Origin: an uncultured Thermococci archaeon
GTDB lineage: Archaea; Methanobacteriota_B; Thermococci; Methanofastidiosales; B48-G16
DNA: 64,000 nt
Direction: 5' to 3'
NCBI GenBank assembly: GCA_964595645.1
Contig: CAZQQT010000001.1
Coordinates: 160,001 to 224,000, forward strand
Positions within the stretch are counted from its first letter, which is position 1, and every line of letters begins with the position of its first letter. The translations under genes and the position numbers were made by a program. Positions 38,349-48,397 of this stretch are shown one piece after another. A model generated the notes under the pieces. That model was not told the origin of the DNA and ran no database searches. It was given only the letters and a program-made list of their open reading frames with translations.

Positions 38349-38825
38349 ATGGAAATAGACGTTGTCGATATACAAAAAGATGAAGGCGTGGAGTGTATCA
38401 TTGGTCAGGGAAACTTTTCAATCTTCACCGTGGACGATCTCGCGACAGCGCTGAAAACATCTGTACCAAATATCTCCTTCGGTATTGCCATGAATGAGGC
38501 CAAACCAAAGCTCACACGGGCTGAGGGAAATGATGAAGCCTTAAAGAAGATGGCCACTGAAAACTGCGTGGAGATTGGTGCGGGCCACGTGTTTGTTATC
38601 ATGATGAAGGACGCATTTCCCATCAACGTGCTCAATATCATTAAGGATCATCCCACTGTCTGTTCCATCTACGCAGCTTCCGAGAATCTATTGCAGGCGA
38701 TTGTCGGCGAGACGGATCTCGGTAGAGCCGTGCTCGGTGTGGTGGACGGAACAGCAGCTACCGCGATAGAGAATGAGAAGGAACGAGAAGAGAGGAAAGA
38801 TCTATTACAGAAGATTGGATATTAG
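38349..38825 (+). CDS. Adenosine-specific kinase family (DUF355-like)
   Basis: FGIAMNEA, GAGHVF, FPINVLN, GRAVLGVVDG. Confidence 0.8.
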   Translation: MEIDVVDIQKDEGVECIIGQGNFSIFTVDDLATALKTSVPNISFGIAMNEAKPKLTRAEGNDEALKKMATENCVEIGAGHVFVIMMKDAFPINVLNIIKDHPTVCSIYAASENLLQAIVGETDLGRAVLGVVDGTAATAIENEKEREERKDLLQKIGY

Positions 38826-38833
38826 GTGAGAAC

Positions 38834-40609
38834 ATGGAGAAAGATTTACTTATGGGTAATGAAGCGATTGCACGAGGAGCGGCTGAAGGGGGTGTCTCCT
38901 TCGTGAGTGCATATCCCGGAACACCTTCCTCGGAGATTCCGGCGACAGTAGCAACCTTCGCAGAGGAGTATGACATCTATATGGAGTACTCTACAAACGA
39001 AAAAGTGGCATTTGAAGTTGCACTGGGTGCTTCATGGTCTAACCTGAGGGCCATGGTCACTATGAAACATGTCGGTCTCAATGTGGCCTCAGATGCGTTT
39101 ATGTCCGTGGCGTACGCTGGTACACAGGGTGGATTTGTACTTGTGGTGGCAGATGATCCCTCTATGCACTCTTCCCAGAATGAGCAGGATACTCGGTGTT
39201 ACGCCCGGTTTGGGAATGTTCCGTGTCTCGATCCAGCCTCCCCTCAAGAGGCAAAGGAGATGACCATCGAAGCCTTCGAGATCTCTGAACAGTTTAACCT
39301 TCCGGTAATTGTACGACCTACCACCCGTGTCTCTCATTCCCGTGGCGATGTGACATTAGGGGAAGTAAAGGAACAGAATGCGGTACAATGGGAGCGGGAC
39401 CCCACACGAAAGGTCACACTACCCGCCAATGCGCGACGGTTCCATCCGGAACTTCTTGAGAAAATGAAGAAGGCGGAAGAATACTTCGAGGACTCAGAGT
39501 TCAACTGGAAAGAAGGAGATGGTGAGCTCGGTATTATCGCTTCAGGCGTTGCCTATAATTACGTGAAAGAAGCAGTAGATTATTTTGATATTGACGCTGA
39601 AATACTGAAGATCGGTACAGCGCATCCTCTTCCCCGAACATTATTGTTAGGATTCATCAAGGATCATGCCGAAATCATTGTCGTTGAAGAGATGGAGCCT
39701 CTTGTAGAGATGGAAACGAAAAAGATTGCGCAGGAAGAAAAGATCGAGGCGACGATCCACGGAAAGGACCTCCTCTCTCGATGTTACGAGTACTCCACCA
39801 TGCAGGTGGCACAGGCGATGGGATCATTGGTGGGAAAAGAGGTGGAGGTACCTGATGTGGATGTGAGTGAGTATATGGTACCGAGACCTCCGGTCCTCTG
39901 TCCCGGTTGCCCACATCGCGGATCCTTTTACGCCCTGAAAAAAGTGGCACCCGATGGTGTCTACCCCAGTGATATTGGGTGCTACACGCTCGGTGCGCTG
40001 GCACCATTGAATGCCGTGGATACTTGTTTTTGTATGGGTGGCAGCATCGGTATCTCTTGCGGACTTTCCAAGGCGTTGAAAGATAAACCCGTAGTGGCGA
40101 CAATCGGAGACTCTACGTTTTTCCACACGGGACTCCCTCCGATGGTAAACGGCGTCTACAATAACGATGACTTTACAATATTCCTTCTGGATAACAAAAC
40201 AACGGCAATGACGGGACATCAGCCCCATCCCGGAACGGGAAAGACCGGGACCGGAAAGGATACGACGGTACTCTACCCCGAAAAGATTGCAGAGAGTATC
40301 GGCGCGTTTACGAAAGTTGTCGATCCTTACAATCTGGATGAAACAATTAAGGGGCTTAAAGAGGCAATATCGTACGACGGTGTTGCTATGGTTGTTGCGC
40401 GCCGTGAGTGTGCGCTCATTAGTGAGAACAAAACACCCCTTGCCGTGGATGAAGAGAAATGTATTACCTGTCTCACGTGTGTGAATGAACTTGGGTGTCC
40501 TGCCATCGTGAAGGAAGGCGATAGAGTATATATAGATGAAAAATTCTGTACGGGCTGCGGTGTATGTGCGCAGGTATGTCCTGTACAGGCAATAGAGGTG
40601 ATAGAATGA
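38834..40609 (+). CDS. iorA: Indolepyruvate:ferredoxin oxidoreductase alpha subunit
   Basis: YPGTPSSE, MKHVGLN, SSQNEQD, CPGCPHR, GDSTFFH, C-terminal ferredoxin. Confidence 0.95.
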   Translation: MEKDLLMGNEAIARGAAEGGVSFVSAYPGTPSSEIPATVATFAEEYDIYMEYSTNEKVAFEVALGASWSNLRAMVTMKHVGLNVASDAFMSVAYAGTQGGFVLVVADDPSMHSSQNEQDTRCYARFGNVPCLDPASPQEAKEMTIEAFEISEQFNLPVIVRPTTRVSHSRGDVTLGEVKEQNAVQWERDPTRKVTLPANARRFHPELLEKMKKAEEYFEDSEFNWKEGDGELGIIASGVAYNYVKEAVDYFDIDAEILKIGTAHPLPRTLLLGFIKDHAEIIVVEEMEPLVEMETKKIAQEEKIEATIHGKDLLSRCYEYSTMQVAQAMGSLVGKEVEVPDVDVSEYMVPRPPVLCPGCPHRGSFYALKKVAPDGVYPSDIGCYTLGALAPLNAVDTCFCMGGSIGISCGLSKALKDKPVVATIGDSTFFHTGLPPMVNGVYNNDDFTIFLLDNKTTAMTGHQPHPGTGKTGTGKDTTVLYPEKIAESIGAFTKVVDPYNLDETIKGLKEAISYDGVAMVVARRECALISENKTPLAVDEEKCITCLTCVNELGCPAIVKEGDRVYIDEKFCTGCGVCAQVCPVQAIEVIE

Positions 40610-40971
40610 GTGGAGAAGTACCTCCAAATGTACAACATCAGATTCAGCAGTTCCAGCAGTTGCAACAGCAGTATGAGATGATAGTCTCTCAGAAACAGAG
40701 ATTGAATTTGGAAGAGCGAGAAATAGAGCTTGCGCTGGAAGAACTGGATAAAACAGATAAAAAAACTGTATATAGGGATGTAGGAAGTGTAATGCTTAAA
40801 AAGGGCACGGACGAAGTGATAGAGGAGCTTAAGTCGAGAAAAGAAGATATCGATTTAAAGAAAGAATCTCTCGAAAGACAGGAAAAAAGGACAACAAAAA
40901 AACTGAAAGAGATGCAAAGCAAACTCCAGCAACTACTGAGCGGAGCTGGAGGCGCAGTAAAAGGTTCGTAA
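40606..40971 (+). CDS. pfdB: Prefoldin beta subunit
   Basis: PPNVQHQIQQFQQLQQQ, VYRDVG. Confidence 0.9.
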   Translation: MSGEVPPNVQHQIQQFQQLQQQYEMIVSQKQRLNLEEREIELALEELDKTDKKTVYRDVGSVMLKKGTDEVIEELKSRKEDIDLKKESLERQEKRTTKKLKEMQSKLQQLLSGAGGAVKGS

Positions 40972-41937
40972 GTGAGTGGAGTGAGTCCTAATCCTGTAGA
41001 AATAATAGACAAAATAAAGTCTACTTTCGAGGAAAAAAATCAATTTTTGGTAGTTATTCATAAGAATGCGGACGCTGATGCTGTTGGGAGTGCACTTGCA
41101 CTGAAATACTACCTCCAAAGCAAAGGTAAAGAGACAATAATAGGATGTGAGTCTATTAACAGTCAAGGAAAGATGCTTCTGGAGAACCTAGAGGAAGAGG
41201 TAGAGTACCATGTACCTCCAGGAGACCACGATACAGTGGTTCTTCTGGACACCTCCTCAGTCGAGAAGGCGGGCATTTTCAAAGAGTGTGTATATGCAGC
41301 TGAGAATGTTGTCGTGATAGATCATCACGAAAAAAACAAAGAATTAGAGCAATTTCTATATTATAATGAACATTTAGCTTCGAACGCTGAAATAATATAT
41401 AAATTCTTTCCATTATCTAACGAAAATTATTTAAAGGCCATATTAGCGGGTATAGTTGCGGATACGGGCCATTTTAAACATGCCACTCCGGCGACCTTTG
41501 AGACCGTTCATACGATCCTCACAAATGGAATTGATTTACAGGAAATCTTTCTCCTTCTCCAAACAGAAATGGATCGATCACGGAAAATTGCGGTGCTGAA
41601 AGCATGCAAACGGATGAAGTTGCACTACATCAAGGACCTAATAATTGCCACCACGAGTGTCGGCTCCCACGAATCACTTGCCGCGAAATACCTTCTCTTC
41701 ATGGGCGCCGATATCTCCTTTGTGGCTAATAAGGATAGAATAAGCTCACGTGCGAAAAAAAATGTGATAAAACGAGGAATCAATCTCGCAGAGATCATGC
41801 AGAAGATAGGAACACTGGAGAATGGAGATGGCGGAGGGCACAAGGCGGCGGCAGGTGCCGCATCTCTTGAAGATACAAAAAACGCGTTGAATTTATGCGT
41901 GAAGTTAGTGGAGAAAAGACTCGATACCCATGGATGA
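40972..41937 (+). CDS. DHH family phosphoesterase
   Basis: HKNADAD, IDHH, DTGHF, GGGHKAAAG. Confidence 0.9.
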   Translation: MSGVSPNPVEIIDKIKSTFEEKNQFLVVIHKNADADAVGSALALKYYLQSKGKETIIGCESINSQGKMLLENLEEEVEYHVPPGDHDTVVLLDTSSVEKAGIFKECVYAAENVVVIDHHEKNKELEQFLYYNEHLASNAEIIYKFFPLSNENYLKAILAGIVADTGHFKHATPATFETVHTILTNGIDLQEIFLLLQTEMDRSRKIAVLKACKRMKLHYIKDLIIATTSVGSHESLAAKYLLFMGADISFVANKDRISSRAKKNVIKRGINLAEIMQKIGTLENGDGGGHKAAAGAASLEDTKNALNLCVKLVEKRLDTHG

Positions 41938-42835
41938 ACGAGTGAGAAAGTTACTGAGAAAACAGCAGTATAAGATAGTGGGGGGCCATTCTGCAGTAAA
42001 AACGTGCCATTGGCTAAAAAAGAGCTTAATGGAAGATAGGGTTTGTTACAAACAGAAATTTTATGGAATAAAGAGCCATAGATGCCTTCAGATGAGCCCT
42101 GCCGTGATCAGTTGTACTCATAAATGTTTATTTTGCTGGAGACCTGTACAGCACACGGTGTCAACGATAGAGAATCCGGATCCTCCGGAGTTTATTGTAG
42201 AAAAAAGTATTGAGGCGCAGGAAAGACTCCTTTCAGGATATAAAGGTGTGCTTGACAGAGTAAACAGAGAAAAACTAAAAGAAGCGCAAGAACCAAACAA
42301 TGTTGCCATCTCTCTAGCCGGCGAACCAACGCAGTACCCATTTCTGAGCGATCTTATCGATGAATATAAAAAAAGAGGCTTTACTACTTTCCTTGTGACT
42401 AACGGAACAAATCCGGATGTGCTTGCGGAAATAAGTCTTCCGTGGAATCTTTATGTGACTATTCCAGCACCGAATGAGAAAATTTATAAAAAACTCTGCG
42501 TTCCACAGATCAACGATGGATGGAAACGAATTATGGAAACATTAGAGCTTTTCCCATCATTAGACACGCAAAAAGTAGCTCGATTGACTATGGTGAAAGG
42601 GTACAACCTTAAAAATCCCGAGCAGTATAAAGTACTGGTGGAGACTGCCTCTCCAGAGTACATCGAGGTCAAGGCATATATGTACGTAGGGTACTCTAGA
42701 CTACGGTTGAAGATGGAGAACATGCCCACCTTTCCTGAAATATTAGAGTTTTCACAGCAGCTGGAGAGAATTATACCGTATGAAATAAAAGACTCCTCCG
42801 AGAGTAGTAGAGTAGTATTACTGGTGAGAGAATGA
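41930..42835 (+). CDS. tyw1: 4-demethylwyosine synthase (radical SAM)
   Basis: HSAVKTCHW, CYKQKFYGI, CTHKCLFCWR. Confidence 0.95.
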   Translation: MDERVRKLLRKQQYKIVGGHSAVKTCHWLKKSLMEDRVCYKQKFYGIKSHRCLQMSPAVISCTHKCLFCWRPVQHTVSTIENPDPPEFIVEKSIEAQERLLSGYKGVLDRVNREKLKEAQEPNNVAISLAGEPTQYPFLSDLIDEYKKRGFTTFLVTNGTNPDVLAEISLPWNLYVTIPAPNEKIYKKLCVPQINDGWKRIMETLELFPSLDTQKVARLTMVKGYNLKNPEQYKVLVETASPEYIEVKAYMYVGYSRLRLKMENMPTFPEILEFSQQLERIIPYEIKDSSESSRVVLLVRE

Positions 42836-43236
42836 TAAAAGATTTCAGTATTAAAACTGTAGAAGCACGAAAGTTTGTGGAAGAATACAACGTTTCCAAT
42901 GTGAAGATATCAAATAAGAGTATGATAACAGACATGACCAAGCTCGATGAAGGGTTGAAGATAGATTTTATTTTCGTTGTAGAGTATAACCCAAATCTAG
43001 CGAATATACGTATAGAAGGAAATTTGGCATACTCGGGAGAAAATTCCGAAAGCATTTTGGAGACATGGCAAGAAAAAGAAAAGGATGAACGTGTGAAGAA
43101 ACTCCAGATGAGTATTGTACAGCGGTGTATCGCCGAGAGTATTCTCCTGGCAAAACAGATTAACGTTCCACCACCTGTCCCTATGCCGCAGTTTCAGAAA
43201 AAGGAAAAGCAGGACTACGAAGCGATGTTTGGTTAG
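42832..43236 (+). CDS. Hypothetical protein (possible SecB-like fold)
   Basis: Beta-strand pattern then C-terminal PPPVPMP. Confidence 0.6.
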   Translation: MIKDFSIKTVEARKFVEEYNVSNVKISNKSMITDMTKLDEGLKIDFIFVVEYNPNLANIRIEGNLAYSGENSESILETWQEKEKDERVKKLQMSIVQRCIAESILLAKQINVPPPVPMPQFQKKEKQDYEAMFG

Positions 43237-44063
43237 ACAATACCATCTATTTCAGTATGGAAATCTCCTGCGATTTTATCTTCTTTCATTATTCCCGCGA
43301 AATACTCATCCTTTAATCCTTTTTCAAACATTATTTTCCTCAACATGCTTCTAAATGCTTCTTTTTTATCGTCCAGACAGGCAAGTCTATGAGCTTCTAG
43401 GAGAGGGTATGGGTAACCAAGACAGAGTGGATTCGTTGCAAAATACGCGAGACGGGAGAATACTCCCTCTCCTCCGTTTACGACGTCAATTCTGAATGTT
43501 CTGCTCCTCTCATGAAGTCGGGAAATATATACATCACCAATCAAAAACCACTCGTACTTTGGCATCGTGACATCTACCTTATAGTACCATTTCCCTGTGT
43601 TTTTTATTACCATAGTATCGGGTATACCTTCTTCGAGGAGTGTTACTTTTGTTTTTTTGCTCACACCAACTACAGTATTCTCGAGATCTTGTATAGTCTC
43701 CTTTATCCGTTTGTTCGGGGCTATTAATGCACCGTCGTAGAGTACGAGATCACACCGTGCAGCTGCCTTTTTGACCATCTCCATTTCATGGGCAAGTCGC
43801 AGGGAGTCGATGTCTTCCACGAGTACGGCTTTGTTCTCGACCACATAGTCCTTTATTTTGTTGTTTTCATACACTACGAAGCCGTACCGTACAATGCCAA
43901 TGTTTTTCACTCCGTTACTCCACAGTACGGAGGATCCACCGTCTACTGCTGCGATCTTTCCCCCTTCCTCTTCAGTCTCTATATACGAAACGTTAAATTC
44001 CTTTCTCTTTTCGTACATCGTTTTCAGCTGGGAGAGAATATCCCGCATTTCATTCTCGATCAT
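43233..44063 (-). CDS. nurA: NurA-family nuclease
   Basis: AAVDGGS, LYDGAL, VGVSK, GYPYPLLEAH. Confidence 0.8.
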   Translation of the reverse strand: MIENEMRDILSQLKTMYEKRKEFNVSYIETEEEGGKIAAVDGGSSVLWSNGVKNIGIVRYGFVVYENNKIKDYVVENKAVLVEDIDSLRLAHEMEMVKKAAARCDLVLYDGALIAPNKRIKETIQDLENTVVGVSKKTKVTLLEEGIPDTMVIKNTGKWYYKVDVTMPKYEWFLIGDVYISRLHERSRTFRIDVVNGGEGVFSRLAYFATNPLCLGYPYPLLEAHRLACLDDKKEAFRSMLRKIMFEKGLKDEYFAGIMKEDKIAGDFHTEIDGIV

Positions 44064-44098
44064 CAGTTATTTATAGGATCGATGAAAATAAAAGCATT

Positions 44099-44746
44099 GT
44101 GAAAACGGATTCTCCCCTCGACAAACTCTCAGATGGATTCCCTGAAAAAGCCATTACACAGATTTATGGAGATTTTGCTACGGGCAAAACGACGTTCTGT
44201 CTACAGCTGTGTGTTCAAAGCTGCAACCTCGAAAAAAAATCTATTTATGTAGATACAGAAGGAAATTTTTCTCCTGAACGTCTGCTCCAGATCGATTCCG
44301 AAATAGATTTAAAAGATATCCTTGTACTGGAGCTTTTTTCCTTCGAAAAACAATGTGATACAATAGAAAACCTCGATGAAAAGATGAACGATGGAATAGG
44401 ATGTATTGTAGTGGACTCAATGGTATCGCTATATCGTCTGGAGGGGAGTTCATACGATGAGCGGCGGGAGCTGAACAGACTTCTCGGCAAACAGATGCTC
44501 ACGCTCTCAAAAATTGCCAGGGAGCACGATATTCCCGTGGTCATCACCAACCAGATCTACGAAGATTTCGACAACGGCATTACACCGTTGGGCGGAAGCG
44601 TGCTTAAGTACTGGTCCAATATTATCATCGAGCTCACAAAAATTCCAGAACGTACAGGCTGGAGGCGGGCGACGATCATCAAACACAAGTATAAAAAAGA
44701 AGGGGCCTCCTGCGAATTTCGTATTTCTGGGAAAGGCATTATATAG
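44099..44746 (+). CDS. radB: DNA repair and recombination protein RadB
   Basis: QIYGDFATGKT, YVDTE, VVITNQ, KH basic patch. Confidence 0.9.
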   Translation: MKTDSPLDKLSDGFPEKAITQIYGDFATGKTTFCLQLCVQSCNLEKKSIYVDTEGNFSPERLLQIDSEIDLKDILVLELFSFEKQCDTIENLDEKMNDGIGCIVVDSMVSLYRLEGSSYDERRELNRLLGKQMLTLSKIAREHDIPVVITNQIYEDFDNGITPLGGSVLKYWSNIIIELTKIPERTGWRRATIIKHKYKKEGASCEFRISGKGII

Positions 44747-44754
44747 TCTTCTTT

Positions 44755-45020
44755 TTCTACCATCTTATTTTAAAGAACCCCAGTGCCGTGACGCTTCCGA
44801 GGATATTACTCAGTGCCATTCCTATTCAGATATTGGATGGTACCATAGGTACACGTGATGACAAAGAGGTAGTAGAGTGGGAGCCGCGATCCCCAGAGCT
44901 GGATCATTCCCAGCCCCTGCAAGATAGAAATGAAGGCAAATATGCCGAACATGAAGAGATTCCGAGAAAGATGATCCCGATATAGCTCAGCACGATCTCA
45001 AAGATTTTTGGCCATCGATC
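44755..45020 (-). pseudogene. MATE transporter C-terminal relic
   Basis: Frameshifted fragments LWGSRLPLYYLF and I*IGMALSNILGSVTALGFFKIRW. Confidence 0.5.
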
Positions 45021-45026
45021 TTATTA

Positions 45027-45934
45027 TTACTTATCCTTACGGCTAAATACTAATTCATCGAGCACCACTGGAAACAACAGAGCCACTGCGATAATAATGA
45101 GCCAGAGAGGGATCATTGGACCGCCTTCTCCAAACAGATCCTTACGCTGTGCCCGTTCGTTCAAGTTGATCTTCCATATTTCCCGCGTTTCCATTCCCGA
45201 TAGATAGTGCATATTATCTTTACCTATCGCGATTGCACGGGGGGGAAGTATCTGGGGGATAGTACCAGTCAGTCGTTTCTCCTGTCTCAACATCTACATA
45301 GAATACCTTTCGGGAGGTGTATCCGGTAACTATCACCTGTGCGTTTTCGTATGCAATATCTCCCGAGAAGTGTGCTGGTGAATCGATCTCTTTCAACACG
45401 GTATCGGTCTTCGGATCATACCTGTACAGAAGTGAATTAGGGAGTATTTTTTCCTCGCCGTGGGGATCTGCCGGTGGGAGCTCCTCCATTGCATACACAT
45501 CCAGTATCTAGAGCGTTTCGCCATCCCATGCTACGCCATAGGGTGTACTATACGGCGTCTCGTGCGTCTCCATCACTGTCCCCTTTGGTGAGATTTTATA
45601 GATCATACTGTCGCCGTAGTCAGCAACCCAGAAATTTTCACCATCGAATGTTAGTCCCTTAGGGTCTTTACATGGGAGTTCAAATGATTCTACTACCTTT
45701 TCTGTGGCAAAATCGCATTAAGAGAGCATGATCGCTTGTAGAGGTGATCCATAAATATTCATTGGTAAAAACTAATCCATATGGTGAGTCTGTTGGAGTT
45801 TCACAGGCAGTACTTTTGTACCGATGGGGGAGGTACTCTTCCGCCTTTTGCTGTTGGTGCTCCCTGTATAGATACGCAGTAACTACGAAGAATATCACCA
45901 CGCCTACTACGATTATTTTATTACTTCTTTTCAT
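45027..45934 (-). pseudogene. Membrane-anchored beta-propeller protein (glutaminyl-cyclase-like repeats) with two frameshifts and one TAG
   Basis: Repeats PYGLVFTNEYLW, PKGLTFDGENFW, PYGVAWDGETL*; frameshifts near 45720 and 45245; TAG at 45508-45510. Confidence 0.7.
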
Positions 45935-45970
45935 TGTTTGTCCCTCCTTGAATTTTCATCTTACTGTCAC

Positions 45971-46400
45971 CTATAGTTCTACTCGTGGATCAAGCCATTT
46001 ATAGGAAATGTCAACCAGAAGGTTTGAAAGGAGAATGATAATTGATAATACAAGGGAGACCCCCATAACAGAGAAATAATCTCTTTTGAAAGCGGCCATG
46101 ACAAAATACTGCCCCAATCCAGGCCAAGAAAATACTCTTTCGATGATAGGCAAAGTAACTCCCATCAAAAATGCAATTCTCAATCCAAGAACTGTTGTAA
46201 TAGGAAGCATTGCATTTTTCAGTGCATGTTTGTAAATTACCACCCTCTCTTTTAATCCTTTCGCCCGAGCTGTCTTTATATACTCTTCCTTCAAGATATT
46301 AAGCATTGAGGAACGTATCAGTCGTGTGAGGTAGCCTACAGTCCCCAGTGCCAATGCTAAGGTGGGAAGTATCATATGTTTAAGATAGTCGAGATAATAA
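45971..46400 (-). pseudogene. DppB/OppB ABC permease, 3' fragment only
   Basis: EAA motif YIKTARAKGLKERVVIYKHALKNA, WPGLG, LDPRV; N-terminal half and partner genes absent. Confidence 0.75.
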
Positions 46401-46724
46401 GCGAGATTATGTGGGGCGTTGATGAACCCCCATGAGTGAGTGCCTTATAATACATCAGTATTGAAGGGTGGGATTTTATCATTTCATCCTTTCGCCCGAT
46501 AAGAACCGTGTGAATAGCGTTATTTCCTTGCATCTGTTCAATAATCATAACGATGAAAGTTAACGTGATGTCTATAGCTTTTTTCGGACGGGAAGAAACC
46601 TACGGTGTAATTTTTTTATTAGATTCATACTACTCTATACCGGCCAGTCGGTCGGTAGATTTAAATCTTTGGATGTATTGCCGCTATCACAACCTTTATA
46701 TAACGCCGTTATATGCATAGACGT

Positions 46725-47657
46725 ATGAGAAAGGACACCACCGTACTTGATCTGATCGGAGATACTCCTTTGGTGAGGCTCAAAAGGCTCGTTCCCACTA
46801 AGCGTGCACACCTTTACGCGAAACTTGAATGGTACAATATTGGCGGATCTGTGAAAGACAGAGCGGCAAGGTATCTGATTGAGCGTGCGGAGGTTGCTGG
46901 AGAGCTTACAAAGGAAAAAACTATACTCGAAGCTACCTCGGGTAATACAGGAATTGCACTATCCATGATAGCTGCTGTGAAGGGATACCGAATCACAATC
47001 ACAATGCCAGAATCTGTAAGTTTGGAGAGACGAAAAATAATCAAAGCATACGGTGCAGAATTACTACTTTCTCCCGCAGAGAAAGGGACAGCTGGGGCAT
47101 TAGAGCTCAAACAACAGTTACTACAAAAAAATCCCGAAAAATACGTTGATATCGATCAATTTAAGGACTCAGCGAACGTTCTGGCACATTACCAAACAAC
47201 AGGAAGGGAGATCCTTGAACAGACAGGTGGGAAGGTGGATACGATTGTGGTGGGAATCGGTACCGCAGGGACAGGAGTCGGTACATCTTTATGTGCGAAG
47301 GAGTACAATTCAGACATAGATGTCATTGGAGTTCTCCCGACATTAAATGCAGACATTCAGGGACTGAGACATCCAAAAGAATCATATCCTTCAAAACTTT
47401 TTGAAAAAGATTTTTTTGATGAACTTGTGGAAGTATCTAAGGATAAAATACCAGAAATCTATACTGTTGCCCGGAGAGTAGCGAGAGAGGAAGGATTGCT
47501 CGTGGGCATGAGTGCTGCGACAATTTTACATGTGGTCTTAGAGAAAATAAAAAAATTAGAAAAGAAAAAGACATTTGTTGCCATCCTCCCCGACGACGGT
47601 ATGAAGTATCTCTCAACTTCGTTATTCGATGAGAATCCCGAAAACCAAGATTTATAA
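46725..47657 (+). CDS. cysK: Cysteine synthase family PLP enzyme
   Basis: GSVKDR, EATSGNTG, GIGTAGT. Confidence 0.85.
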   Translation: MRKDTTVLDLIGDTPLVRLKRLVPTKRAHLYAKLEWYNIGGSVKDRAARYLIERAEVAGELTKEKTILEATSGNTGIALSMIAAVKGYRITITMPESVSLERRKIIKAYGAELLLSPAEKGTAGALELKQQLLQKNPEKYVDIDQFKDSANVLAHYQTTGREILEQTGGKVDTIVVGIGTAGTGVGTSLCAKEYNSDIDVIGVLPTLNADIQGLRHPKESYPSKLFEKDFFDELVEVSKDKIPEIYTVARRVAREEGLLVGMSAATILHVVLEKIKKLEKKKTFVAILPDDGMKYLSTSLFDENPENQDL

Positions 47658-47680
47658 ATTTTGAGGGTGTATACTCTTTA

Positions 47681-48397
47681 ATGAAGATCGTGGAAGTAAC
47701 GGAGATTGTAAAGGAATCCAACGATGTTAAAACGTTTTTTGTTGATACATCATTTCATGCGAAGCCCGGGCAGTTCGCCATGCTCTGGCTCCCTGGCGTG
47801 AATGAAAAGCCCATGTCATTTTCGTACAAAAATGGATTCACAGTGAAAAAAATCGGTCCATTTACTGAAACAATGCATGAGCTTTCCGAGGGGGATAAAA
47901 TTGGAATACGCGGTCCCTACGGGACATCATTCTCCCTTCAGCATGGAACCACCGAGATAATTGGGGGCGGAACAGGACTTGCACCTCTACGATTTCTGGC
48001 AGAAACCCTTGAGACCGATATGAAAATTTTATTAGGATTCAGAACAAAATCTGAGATTTTCTTTGAGAAGGAGTTTAAAAAGTACGGGGATGTTCTCGTA
48101 TCAACGGACGATGGAAGCTATGAAAAAAAAGGATTTATCACAGAGTATCTAGATGCAGATCATGAGTACTACTACGTATGCGGTCCAGAGTCGATGATGA
48201 AGCGATGTGCAGAGATTTTACCGTCGAAGCGTGTAGAATATTCACTAGAACGGTATATGAAATGTGGCATAGGACTCTGCGGTAGCTGTGAAATAGGTGG
48301 AAACCTTGTCTGTAAAGATGGACCCGTGTTTGGTACGCTTCCCGATGGTGTTGGTGAGTATACACGAGACAAGACGGGGAGGAGGATACCACTGTGA
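47681..48397 (+). CDS. pyrK: Dihydroorotate dehydrogenase electron-transfer subunit
   Basis: RGPYG, GGGTGLAP, CGP, MKCGIGLCGSC, VCKDGPVF. Confidence 0.9.
   Translation: MKIVEVTEIVKESNDVKTFFVDTSFHAKPGQFAMLWLPGVNEKPMSFSYKNGFTVKKIGPFTETMHELSEGDKIGIRGPYGTSFSLQHGTTEIIGGGTGLAPLRFLAETLETDMKILLGFRTKSEIFFEKEFKKYGDVLVSTDDGSYEKKGFITEYLDADHEYYYVCGPESMMKRCAEILPSKRVEYSLERYMKCGIGLCGSCEIGGNLVCKDGPVFGTLPDGVGEYTRDKTGRRIPL

Noticed and set aside
39824-40627. Long antisense ORFs (this 267-aa one, also 603-1208, 28512-29147, 29131-29781)
   Set aside because: Shadows of well-supported genes on the opposite strand with no family motifs.
46400-46710. Possible ncRNA or leader upstream of cysK
   Set aside because: No C/D boxes, convincing stems or known RNA motif recognisable by eye.
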